From assembly GCA_045541795.1 (NCBI GenBank), contig JAZQJV010000003.1, forward strand, positions 1,623-65,622: a DNA stretch of 64,000 nucleotides, written 5' to 3'. Each line of letters begins with the position of its first letter. Position 1 is the first letter of the stretch. The translations under genes and the position numbers were made by a program. Under the pieces are notes generated by a model that was not told the DNA's origin, ran no database searches, and saw nothing but the letters and a program-made list of their open reading frames with translations. Source of the DNA: Patescibacteria group bacterium. Lineage in GTDB: Bacteria > Patescibacteriota > Microgenomatia > UBA1400 > PJMF01. Below, piece after piece: positions 17,955 to 26,744 of the stretch.

Positions 17955-18233
17955 TCACACTGCGTAGAAACCGTGATCGCTTTTAGCGGCCCACTTTTTG
18001 TACATGTCACGGTAGTTTTGTTTGATAAAGTCTTCGATGGCTTTAATGTCTTGCTCGCTGAGCTGGCCGGCATGCTGTAAGACCGTATCACCGTTGCTTT
18101 TGACGAAAAATTTGGCAGAACCTTGTTCGCGCAAATGCTTATCACTAGCGTGCACATGCATCGCTTCCACAATGCAGTGTGAAGTAAAATATAAGTAATA
18201 GCCGCGGATCATGAATTCGTAATATTTTGGCAT
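17955..18233 (-). CDS. DUF4160-family protein (putative toxin-like)
   Basis: GYYLYF.S....E.MHVH, AKFFV, I..FI..N...M...W. Confidence 0.75.
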   Translation of the reverse strand: MPKYYEFMIRGYYLYFTSHCIVEAMHVHASDKHLREQGSAKFFVKSNGDTVLQHAGQLSEQDIKAIEDFIKQNYRDMYKKWAAKSDHGFYAV

Positions 18234-18237
18234 TTTA

Positions 18238-18459
18238 TTATCCTAGGAATCGTTTGTTTTTGGCGTAAATATCGCCGACGATAGCAGCGGCGATGTCGTC
18301 CATGGATGTTTCAATGATTTTGTCTTGCCTGTCATAAACCAGCGCTTGATTAATATCATGCAGATTTATCACCCGGACGAGTTGGTCATCTTTGGTAAAG
18401 GCATAACCGTCTACAATCATGTCGGCGCCTTCAGCAATTGCGGCAATTTCATTTTTCAT
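18238..18459 (-). CDS. Small conserved hypothetical protein (ADMIVDGYAF family)
   Basis: Compact ORF in a tightly packed three-gene operon. Confidence 0.7.
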   Translation of the reverse strand: MKNEIAAIAEGADMIVDGYAFTKDDQLVRVINLHDINQALVYDRQDKIIETSMDDIAAAIVGDIYAKNKRFLG

Positions 18460-18727
18460 AAACGATGCTCACTTTCTGCAAATCTTTCAAGTATGTCTGC
18501 GGGTCAATGTATAAGCGGCGCAAAATCGGCTCGAGGTCAATGTATTCCTCTTCATCTGCCTGAGAATTATCATAGCGTGCCCGAACCACAATGTAGCCGT
18601 CGCGATCCCAACTAATCACTTTGGTGTAGCGTTGTAGATGTGGCGAGGTCATGAAACGGATCCGCCGCCCATCATAGATAAAGGAGGTATAGGTGCTGTC
18701 GCTCGTAAGTATTGCTTCTCCTGACAT
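18449..18727 (-). CDS. Small conserved hypothetical protein (EEEYIDL motif)
   Basis: Likely ATG 18727; stop overlaps the next gene; WD.GYIVV..Y....EEEYIDL.PIL. Confidence 0.7.
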   Translation of the reverse strand: MSGEAILTSDSTYTSFIYDGRRIRFMTSPHLQRYTKVISWDRDGYIVVRARYDNSQADEEEYIDLEPILRRLYIDPQTYLKDLQKVSIVYEK

Positions 18728-18797
18728 AGATTGTGCTATTATAAATGATTTCCCCCGATTTGTCAACCGCACGCGCACATGTTATAATGATGACAGC

Positions 18798-19640
18798 ATG
18801 AAAGAGAAAGACGATTTAGAAAAAAGTGCCCTGCGGGCACGGGCGCAAGTATTGCGGATGATCCGGGTGGCGCGATCCGGACACCTAGCGGGGAGCTTGA
18901 GCGGCATCGACGTGATGACGTATTTTTATCGGCGGGTGCTAAATGTAAAACCGGATGAACCTACCTGGGACGGCCGAGACCGGTTTTTGCTCTCGGCTGG
19001 ACACGTGTGCCCAGCCTGGTATGCAGTGCTAAGTGAGCGCGGTTTCATCAATCCAGAGCAGCTTTTGACCTTGCGCCAGCTCGGCTCTCCCCTGCAAGGC
19101 CACCCGCGCCGGGACGTCGGCCTGGGCATAGAAAATAGTGCCGGCTCACTGGGGCAGGGCGTGTCGCTGGCGGCCGGGATAGCGCTGGCACTCCAGCGCG
19201 GTGGCGGCAGCCAGCGAGTTTTTGTCTATAGTAGTGACGGCGAACAAGATGAGGGTATGGTGTGGGAAGCGTACCTATTTGCCAGTCATTATCACCTTGG
19301 TAACCTCACGGTAATTATTGACGTCAACGGGATCCAGCAGTCAGGCGCCACGTGCGAGGTGCTGGATTTGGGCGATCTGAGCGGGAAACTGCGCGCCTTT
19401 GGCTGGGCGGTGGAAAAATGTGACGGTCATGATTTTAGTGATATAGAGGTAAAATATAGTAAGTTGAACAAAATAAGTGATCGGCCGCGGGCCTTGCTTT
19501 GCCGCACCATTCCCGGCAAAGGAATTTCACTGCTAGAGGCTGACGCCCACTGGCACGCCGGCCAGCCGAGTGAGGAGGGGTGGCGAGCGATTTTTGGCGA
19601 GTTGGCCGGTAAACTGGAGGCGGCGGGAGTGAGTTTATAG
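18798..19640 (+). CDS. tkt: Transketolase, N-terminal (TPP-binding) subunit
   Basis: SGHLAGSLS, RDRFLLSAGH, LQGHP, GSLGQG, SDGEQDEG..WEA. Confidence 0.95.
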   Translation: MKEKDDLEKSALRARAQVLRMIRVARSGHLAGSLSGIDVMTYFYRRVLNVKPDEPTWDGRDRFLLSAGHVCPAWYAVLSERGFINPEQLLTLRQLGSPLQGHPRRDVGLGIENSAGSLGQGVSLAAGIALALQRGGGSQRVFVYSSDGEQDEGMVWEAYLFASHYHLGNLTVIIDVNGIQQSGATCEVLDLGDLSGKLRAFGWAVEKCDGHDFSDIEVKYSKLNKISDRPRALLCRTIPGKGISLLEADAHWHAGQPSEEGWRAIFGELAGKLEAAGVSL

Positions 19641-19648
19641 GAAGATGT

Positions 19649-20605
19649 ATGCAAGCGACAAGAGATGGGTTTGGCGAGGCAATTTATGAACTGGTGGCGG
19701 CCGATAAGGATCTCGTGGTGATGACGGCGGATCTGGCCGCCAGCCTTGGGCTAGGAAAAGTCAAAAAGGATTTTCCTGACCAATTCGTAGAATGCGGGAT
19801 TTGCGAGCAAAATATGGTGAGTGTCGCCGCCGGGATCGCAATGACCGGCAAAAAAGTGGTCACTGCCGGCTTTGCCGCCTTCCATCCTGGGCGAGACTGG
19901 GATCAGATCCGGGTAAGTGTATGTGAGCAAAACCTGGATGTGAAAATCGTGGGCAGCCACGCGGGTTTGGCTACCGGGCCAGATGGCGCCACGCATCAAG
20001 CTTTAGAAGATATTGCCTTAATGAGTTGCTTGCCGCACATGCGCGTGTACGTGCCGGCAGACAGCAGCGAGGCCAAGGCATTGACGGCAGCAATGGTCAA
20101 TGAAGCAGGCCCGGGATATTTGCGCTTGTCGCGCGAGCCGAGCGAGGAAATCGCGCGAGGCAAGGCACCCATCGTACCTGGTAAAGGCCAGCTGATCCGC
20201 GAGGGTGATGACTGTGTGATCGTGGCGTGCGGATTGACAGTGGCGCTAGCACTGCAGGTGGCAGAAAACTTACAAAAGGATGCTGATCTGCACGTAGGCG
20301 TGATCAATATGTCTACACTCGTACCGCTCGACGCTGAGCTTTTGGCCGAGCAAGCGGCTAAATGCGGCAGTATAGTAAGTGTGGAAGAACATCAAGTAAT
20401 TGGCGGTTTGGGGCAGATGGTGGCCGGGCAGCTGGCGCGCCGCACGCCCTGTGTGATGGAAATGGTGGGCATAGAGGGGAAATTTGGTCAGTCTGGCAGC
20501 AGAGCACAGCTATGGGAGCAGTATGGGCTGAGTGAGGAAAACCTGCGGGAACACGTCTTGCGGGCAATTGAGCGCAAAATTAATGCCGGCCGGGTGGAAG
20601 ATTGA
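19649..20605 (+). CDS. tkt: Transketolase, C-terminal subunit
   Basis: TRDGFG, ECGICEQNMV, GPDGATHQALED, VEEHQVIGGLG. Confidence 0.95.
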   Translation: MQATRDGFGEAIYELVAADKDLVVMTADLAASLGLGKVKKDFPDQFVECGICEQNMVSVAAGIAMTGKKVVTAGFAAFHPGRDWDQIRVSVCEQNLDVKIVGSHAGLATGPDGATHQALEDIALMSCLPHMRVYVPADSSEAKALTAAMVNEAGPGYLRLSREPSEEIARGKAPIVPGKGQLIREGDDCVIVACGLTVALALQVAENLQKDADLHVGVINMSTLVPLDAELLAEQAAKCGSIVSVEEHQVIGGLGQMVAGQLARRTPCVMEMVGIEGKFGQSGSRAQLWEQYGLSEENLREHVLRAIERKINAGRVED

Positions 20606-20675
20606 GGGAAGTTTCTGGTTTTTTCGTACTGACAGTGTGAGTACAAAGGGAGAATGCGGGTGTGGAAAGTGGGTC

Positions 20676-20703
20676 TTGACGGATTGCGGTTTTGTGGTAT
20701 AAT
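20676..20703 (+). promoter_or_regulatory. Promoter firing antisense into the toxin gene
   Basis: TTGACG-N16-TATAAT with TG extension; no sense ORF follows. Confidence 0.6.
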
Positions 20704-20748
20704 AAGGTTGTATTTTGGAGATTTTCTCCCAATTCCCCCTGATGCGAG

Positions 20749-21162
20749 TCAGGGGTCAAATTTTGTCTGGTAATACGACATGAATTTATCCTGCACAGTA
20801 TGTAGGTCAGTGTCGTCTATCCGTCCCAGACAGCTATACAAACGGAGAGTGCTTATAGTCCTCACTTGTAATAATGCTGCCCAGCTGGCCCGACCATGAA
20901 AATTAAACTTCACGTAAGAGCAAGTAGTTTTCTCCTGTGTCGTCAGCGGGATTACGGTACAGCTCAAGTTGTTATGCTTTTTATAAATTAGTACGGGGCG
21001 CGAGAACTTATTACTTTTGCCGTTCATTTCCACGCCGATGTTTTCACCCAGGGCACACCACCAGACTTCACCTTCATGGATTGTGGGATAATGCGGGTCG
21101 CGTGTCGCCAGCCGAGTTTTTAGCTCATACCATTGCTTTAATCTAATTTCCTTTTCTTGCAT
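20749..21162 (-). CDS. PemK/MazF-family toxin (solo)
   Basis: GEVWWCALGENIGVE.NGK...F.RPVLI, VIPLTT, LLQVRTIS..RL. Confidence 0.9.
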   Translation of the reverse strand: MQEKEIRLKQWYELKTRLATRDPHYPTIHEGEVWWCALGENIGVEMNGKSNKFSRPVLIYKKHNNLSCTVIPLTTQEKTTCSYVKFNFHGRASWAALLQVRTISTLRLYSCLGRIDDTDLHTVQDKFMSYYQTKFDP

Positions 21163-21564
21163 TCCTCATATTATCTACACAATTCTTTCAAATTCTTTCA
21201 AATTTATGATAGATTTACGGGATTTTTTGGCAACGAAATAACGTAATTTTATGTATAAATCATGAAAAATTAGAACGGTATTTTATCGTGAGAATTGACG
21301 AGTTAAGCGCCGAAAGCGTGGCTGACAGCCGCCTATCCGTAAAGTTTCGTGTTTTTTTCGTACTGACAGTGTGAGTACAAAGCTAGCTGCGTGAAGTTTT
21401 CGCGATTTAAATATGGATCAGCATTTTGACCGCCTGGAACATGTCTTTGATGAAGGACGCGGCGAACTTCGCCACGAAATTGAGGAACCACGACAGCGTG
21501 TGGCTGACATGATACATCACCGCTTCGCGAGCGTTTTGCTGTTTTTGGGCAATTTGGTATTCGA

Positions 21565-22836
21565 TCATGATTTACGCTTTTCTAAGGCTTCCAAGCCTGG
21601 TAATTTTTTGCCGGCTAGATATTCCAGGGCGGCAGAGCCGGCCATACTCACATAATCCACTTGATCAGTGTAGCCGAGTTTGTCCAGAGCCGCCAGGGTG
21701 TCTCCCCCACCCACCAGGGTGACGGCGCCAGTTTTGGCCACCGCGCGGGCGACTTCCCTGGTGCCGGTGGCAAAAGGCTTGCGCTCAAAAATCCCCATCG
21801 GGCCGTTCCAAAAAACGGTTTCAGCCTGGAGGATGAGTTCGCGGTAGAGTTTGGTAGTCTTCGGGCCGATATCCAGGTACATGTTTTTACCGCGTTTGGC
21901 GATTTTGTCATTGTCAGTGAGGTCGACAATTTCGGTTTGTCGGCTGTCAAAGCCGGGAGCGGCCACCACATCCACGGGATAAATAATTTTGGGCAGCGGG
22001 ATATAGCCGTCTTTGAGCAGGCGGCGAGACCGGTTATCAGTGATGATCTGGTCGGCGAGATCGACGTAATTGAGGCCGACTTTGCGCAGATCGGCGGGCG
22101 TATCTTGGAGGTAGGATTTTTGCACCGCCAAGCCCACGGCCTTGAGGAAATTGTTGGCCACGCCGCCACCGATGAGGACAGCATCCGCGATTTTGGCCAG
22201 ATTGACGATGGGGTCAATTTTGTCTGAGATTTTGGCGCCGCCCACCACCACCACAAAAGGATGAGCCGGCGTGGCCAGTAAGTGAGAAAAAGCATCCACC
22301 TCGTCTGCCAAAGCCAGGCCGGCGGCCGCCGGGAGGACACCCGGGAGGCCGTACACCGAAGCGTGAGCGCGGTGAGAGCTGGAGAAAGCATCATTGACGT
22401 AAGCGTCAGCCAGGGAGGCAAGCGTTTTCACAAAATCGGGGTCATTTTTCTTTTCGCCAGGGTAAAAACGCAAGTTTTCCAGCAAAAAAACGCTGCCAGC
22501 GGGGCTGGCGGTGATTTGCTCGCGAATGGGTGCCGGGTCTAAGTAGTCCGGGACAAAAGTAAGCGGCCAGGAAGTGGCTTTGCGCAGGTAATTAAAAACT
22601 GGTTTGAGGGAAAATTTTTTTTGATCGGGGCTTTCGGGGCGGCCAAGATGAGAGATGAGAATGACCTTACAGTTGAGCCGGAGTAAATATTCTACGGTAC
22701 GAAATGAAGCCTGGATACGGCGGGGATCGCGTACCACATAGCCGGCGCCGTTGGCGGAAAGCGGGACGTTGTAATCCACGCGGACGATGACGGTTTTGTT
22801 GGCTAGTGAGAGACTGGAAAGTTGGGTAATTGACAT
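21565..22836 (-). CDS. pgk: Phosphoglycerate kinase
   Basis: VRVDYNVP, SHLGRP, LLENLRF, NDAF..SHRAHAS, GGAKISDKI, WNGPMG, GGGDT. Confidence 0.98.
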   Translation of the reverse strand: MSITQLSSLSLANKTVIVRVDYNVPLSANGAGYVVRDPRRIQASFRTVEYLLRLNCKVILISHLGRPESPDQKKFSLKPVFNYLRKATSWPLTFVPDYLDPAPIREQITASPAGSVFLLENLRFYPGEKKNDPDFVKTLASLADAYVNDAFSSSHRAHASVYGLPGVLPAAAGLALADEVDAFSHLLATPAHPFVVVVGGAKISDKIDPIVNLAKIADAVLIGGGVANNFLKAVGLAVQKSYLQDTPADLRKVGLNYVDLADQIITDNRSRRLLKDGYIPLPKIIYPVDVVAAPGFDSRQTEIVDLTDNDKIAKRGKNMYLDIGPKTTKLYRELILQAETVFWNGPMGIFERKPFATGTREVARAVAKTGAVTLVGGGDTLAALDKLGYTDQVDYVSMAGSAALEYLAGKKLPGLEALEKRKS

Positions 22837-22917
22837 ATATCGTATGATACCAGAATAAGCGCAAAAAAGCAAGAGGAAATGTCAATGCAGACGTTCGTGG
22901 CGACAGGGTGAACTTTT

Positions 22918-23640
22918 TTAGCCGCCGACGTTGTCAGTTTCCAGGCGTGCGGCCTCGGGAGTATTGATGGTTTCTGGAGCTTCGACTTGTGTAGTGGCAG
23001 CGTCTGGAGCTTCAATGCTTGCCTCAGGATCCACTCCGGCCGTTTGCAAAATCACTTCCACGTTGCCTGTCAAAGCAGCTTCAGCGATGAGTTGCTGTCT
23101 GCCTTTTTCTGGACCAAGTTTTTCGATCAAGTGTTGGCCACGCTTGCTCCAGTATTGCGGATCATCTGGATTGAGCCCGTCAGTGAGACCCTCTTCTCCG
23201 GCGTGCATGACGACGTCTACATTGCCGACGAGAGCGGCTTCCTTGGCGAGTTCCTCGGCTCCTTTTTGCGGGCCGTACTGGCGGAATAGTTCTTGCTGAC
23301 GGTCTACCCAGTAAGCGGCATCATTTTTGTCTGGTGTGCCAGCCGTTTCTGGTTGCTCTGCTTGCCCAGGCGAAAGGTACTCCCCATATGCTTGATCAAA
23401 ATTGCCCTGGCCGCCAAACTGTTTGCGGGCTTGATTACGGGTGAGTACCTGAGAGTTTTTGCCATCACTAAGCTCGATGTAGCCGTCACCTTTGTCAATG
23501 ATAGTGAGATTGGCGGTATCTAGTGGCACGCGCTCGACTTCCCTGGTGAGGCCGGGTTTGTTAGTTTCTTGTTCTAGCAGTTTTGCTTGATACTCACGCA
23601 AATTTTGCTCAGGGATGGTAAATGCGCCTTCTGTCAACAT
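22918..23640 (-). CDS. Hypothetical protein with two ~50-aa internal repeats
   Basis: D..YW..R...L...(Y/L)GP.KG...L..EAAL.GNV.V x2; AGAAAGG RBS. Confidence 0.75.
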   Translation of the reverse strand: MLTEGAFTIPEQNLREYQAKLLEQETNKPGLTREVERVPLDTANLTIIDKGDGYIELSDGKNSQVLTRNQARKQFGGQGNFDQAYGEYLSPGQAEQPETAGTPDKNDAAYWVDRQQELFRQYGPQKGAEELAKEAALVGNVDVVMHAGEEGLTDGLNPDDPQYWSKRGQHLIEKLGPEKGRQQLIAEAALTGNVEVILQTAGVDPEASIEAPDAATTQVEAPETINTPEAARLETDNVGG

Positions 23641-23748
23641 GATCTTGCCTTTCTTTATTATTTGCTATTGTGATATTACCAGAAAAAGCCGGTAAATGCA
23701 AGCGGAAATGCGGGCGGAATTATCGAGGCAGCATGATATAATAGCTTC

Positions 23749-24489
23749 ATGAAAATAGTGACTTGGAACGTAAACGGTTGGCGGGCGATTTTGCGCAAAG
23801 GTTTTGCAGCGATTTATGACGAGCTGGACGCAGATATTTTGTTGATCCAGGAAACTAAGACTAATGTGCCGCTACCCGTGGGGTTGGACGGCGTGCGGGA
23901 GCAGTGGCAATGCGGGCAACGCGCCGGCTACTCGGGGACGCTAGCACTAGTGCGTGACGGGATAGCGTATAAGCGCCTCGAGCCGCCAGACTTACTGCAA
24001 GCTGAGGGGCGGACAGTCGGCTTAGAGCTGGATGATTTTTATTTGCTGGGCACGTACTTCCCCAATGGCGGACAGGGGCCGGTAAGACTGCAATACAAGA
24101 TGGATTTTTACGCGGCGTATCTGGAATATGTAAAAGATCTAGCAGTGAGTAAGCCGGTGATTTTTGCCGGCGACGTCAATACCGCCCACCGCGAGATTGA
24201 TCTGGCGCGGCCAAAAGAAAACCGCACACACACGGGGTTTTTACCAATGGAGTGTGCGTGGCTAGATGAGGTGGAGGCGGCAGGCTGGGTAGACGTCTGG
24301 CGAGCGTACCATCCTGAGCAAGCTGCATACAGCTGGTGGGATTACAAGACGAAGGCGCGCGAGCGAGATGTAGGCTGGCGGATAGATTATTTTTGGGCGA
24401 GCCAGGCGCTCATGAGCCGGGTGACAGCGTGTGAGATTTTGGCTGGAGTGATGGGCAGCGACCACGCGCCGGTGTTGCTGGAGATATAA
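23749..24489 (+). CDS. xth: Exodeoxyribonuclease III (AP endonuclease)
   Basis: TWNVNG, IQETK, GYSG, GDVNTAH..IDL, GWRIDY, GSDHAP. Confidence 0.97.
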   Translation: MKIVTWNVNGWRAILRKGFAAIYDELDADILLIQETKTNVPLPVGLDGVREQWQCGQRAGYSGTLALVRDGIAYKRLEPPDLLQAEGRTVGLELDDFYLLGTYFPNGGQGPVRLQYKMDFYAAYLEYVKDLAVSKPVIFAGDVNTAHREIDLARPKENRTHTGFLPMECAWLDEVEAAGWVDVWRAYHPEQAAYSWWDYKTKARERDVGWRIDYFWASQALMSRVTACEILAGVMGSDHAPVLLEI

Positions 24490-24586
24490 AAGTGGCGATA
24501 ATTGCCAGTGAAAAGGCTTTTTGCTAGCAAAAGTGGGAAAAATTGGGGAGTTTTGCTAGTGGAAGAGGGGTTTTGTTGGCAAAAAA

Positions 24587-24626
24587 GGCCCGTTAGCAGC
24601 AACTGCCGACGGGCCAGGTTTTCTTT
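24587..24626 (+). terminator. Probable intrinsic terminator after xth
   Basis: GGCCCGTTAGCAG-CAA-CTGCCGACGGGCC followed by AGGTTTTCTTT. Confidence 0.45.
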
Positions 24627-24770
24627 CACTTGCCGGTAAACTTACCAAACGCCATCTTGAGCCAGGAGAAATTCCAGGGCTGATGAAGCTTGTCAAGAGC
24701 CCATTTTTCTCCCTTTCGGCACCCCATAATACCTCCGGTTTACCAAAAATTGTAACTAGAACCGTTTTCC

Positions 24771-26167
24771 GTTTACAAAAGTAGGTAAAAATAGTAAGTT
24801 TTGTAAATAGAAATGGAATTTGGTTACAAAAACTTGACATTTTCCCGCGGCCGTGTTATAATTACATATATGAAAATAATTGAAAGACATTATTTGCGTG
24901 AGCTACTAGCGGTACTGCATACTCCCGATATTAAAGTGATTACTGGCGTGCGGCGGGCGGGTAAATCCACGCTTTTGCAACAGTTGACTGAGCACATTAT
25001 CCACAATATCCCTCAGAGTAACTTGATCCATATCAACTATAATCTTCACGATTTTTATCATTTGCGCGACCACGAGTCAGCGTATGCGTATATCAGCGAG
25101 CGTCTGCGGCCCAGCCTGGAAAATTACGTATTGATTGATGAAGTACAGATGTGTGACGGCTTTGAGTGGGTGATTAACAGCTTACATGCTAGCGGCAGGT
25201 GTCACATCGTGATCACAGGCTCAAATGCCTTTCTTGAACACACTGATTTAGGCACGCTTTTTGTGGGGCGGATTTATTCTCTCCAGATGTACCCGTTTTC
25301 TTTTCGTGAATATTGCCGGTATTTTCCTCGCCTTTATATTGATGATGCTTGGGATCGATATTTGCGTGATGGCGGCTTTGCTGGTAGCTATGAGTATCCA
25401 AATAGTGAGCAAAAAAGTACTTATGTCCGTGATGTTTTCCGGACGTTAATTGTCCGTGACATCGTGGGAAAATATAAAATCAAAGATGAAGCAATGTTGC
25501 AACAACTGATTGACTTTTTAGCCGACAATATCGGCAATATCACCTCCGCCAATAAGATTGCCAACGTTTTGAATGCCTCTGGAGTGGATACCAATCACAA
25601 TACCGTCAACGCCTACCTAGACTATTTGTGCCGGAGTTTTGCCTTTTACCGGGTGCGCCGGTATGACATCAAGGGTAAGGATTATCTGCGCTCTCAAGAC
25701 AAATATTACCTAGTAGATCCAAGTTTTCGCACAGCGCGTCTAGGTAATCGTTTCCCAGATTATGGATTGGTTTTTGAAAACATCGTCGCGATAGAACTTC
25801 TGCGGCGCGGCTGGGAGTTATATGTGGGTGTGGTCAGCAGCAAAGATCTGGAAATAGATTTTGTGGCCAGAAAGGCTGACCGCGAGCTTTATATCCAAGT
25901 AAGCGATGATATATCTCGAGACGAGACGCTAAATCGGGAACTGAGTTCGCTACAAGCCGTAAAGAATAACCACCCGAAGATCATTTTGGCCCGGACGAGG
26001 GCAGACGCTGGCACGAGAGACGGCATTATCATTGCCGATCTGGCGCGCACACTCGCCAATCCCCATGCCTTTGATGAGCTAAAATTGTAAACAAAGACGA
26101 TTTTTGTTTACAAAAGTAGGTAAAAATAGTAAGTTTTGTAAATAGAAATGGAATTTGGTTACAAAAA
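24771..26167 (+). repeat. Perfect 62-bp direct repeats (24771-24832, 26106-26167) flanking an AAA ATPase gene
   Basis: GTTTACAAAAGTAGGTAAAAATAGTAAGTTTTGTAAATAGAAATGGAATTTGGTTACAAAAA x2. Confidence 0.92.
24870..26090 (+). CDS. AAA+ ATPase, AAA_14/DUF4143 family
   Basis: GVRRAGKST, LIDEVQ, ITGSNA, KYYLVD, ENIVAIEL, EIDFV..YIQV; TTGACA-N17-TATAAT at 24834-24862. Confidence 0.92.
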   Translation: MKIIERHYLRELLAVLHTPDIKVITGVRRAGKSTLLQQLTEHIIHNIPQSNLIHINYNLHDFYHLRDHESAYAYISERLRPSLENYVLIDEVQMCDGFEWVINSLHASGRCHIVITGSNAFLEHTDLGTLFVGRIYSLQMYPFSFREYCRYFPRLYIDDAWDRYLRDGGFAGSYEYPNSEQKSTYVRDVFRTLIVRDIVGKYKIKDEAMLQQLIDFLADNIGNITSANKIANVLNASGVDTNHNTVNAYLDYLCRSFAFYRVRRYDIKGKDYLRSQDKYYLVDPSFRTARLGNRFPDYGLVFENIVAIELLRRGWELYVGVVSSKDLEIDFVARKADRELYIQVSDDISRDETLNRELSSLQAVKNNHPKIILARTRADAGTRDGIIIADLARTLANPHAFDELKL

Positions 26168-26219
26168 TGGGGGTCTTGCTTGGACAAGACCCCCTGCGGA
26201 TGCGAGCAAATTTGAAAAA

Positions 26220-26657
26220 TTAATCGATGGACTGGGCGAGCTTGCGCCATTGGGAATTGAGGTAGCGCTTGATTTTTTCCAGATCATCATCCTCATAGCG
26301 GTTGAAGGATTGGAGTTTTTCTACGACGTTGTCTACCATTTCTTGATAGGCTTTTTTGTCGATTTTATCCAAAGATTTTTCAAAGGTGTGGACTTGTTGC
26401 TCCCAGAGCTTGCGAGCGTCTTCATAAAGGGACGTGGTAATAGCAGAAACCTCACCAAAAATATCATACACTCGGTCAGCGATCGCTTCGCGCTCGGCAT
26501 CGAGGTAATCGTTAAATTCTTCCCATTTGTCACTCAGCAGACGGCGATTGGCCCGGCCAGAGCGCGGCGAAAGAAAAAACATTGCTGTAGCGCCGGCAAT
26601 ACCACCCAAAGCTAAACCCGCAAGAGCTGGCCAAAATCCACTTTGTCTTTCACTCAT
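26220..26657 (-). CDS. YtxH-like protein
   Basis: GLALGGIAGA...FLSPRSG..NR followed by an amphipathic helix. Confidence 0.8.
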   Translation of the reverse strand: MSERQSGFWPALAGLALGGIAGATAMFFLSPRSGRANRRLLSDKWEEFNDYLDAEREAIADRVYDIFGEVSAITTSLYEDARKLWEQQVHTFEKSLDKIDKKAYQEMVDNVVEKLQSFNRYEDDDLEKIKRYLNSQWRKLAQSID

Positions 26658-26744
26658 ATTGCCTTTCTAGTTACTTGTTTTTTTCACAATTTGTGGTATC
26701 ATTGTACCATATTGGTGAAAAATGTCAATAAGAAGAAATGAGCT

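Larger units (their letters stand above)
20619..21382. mobile_element. Toxin cassette bounded by perfect 30-bp direct repeats (20619-20648, 21353-21382)
   Basis: TTTTTTCGTACTGACAGTGTGAGTACAAAG x2 flanking an AT-richer segment with a MazF-like gene. Confidence 0.6.
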
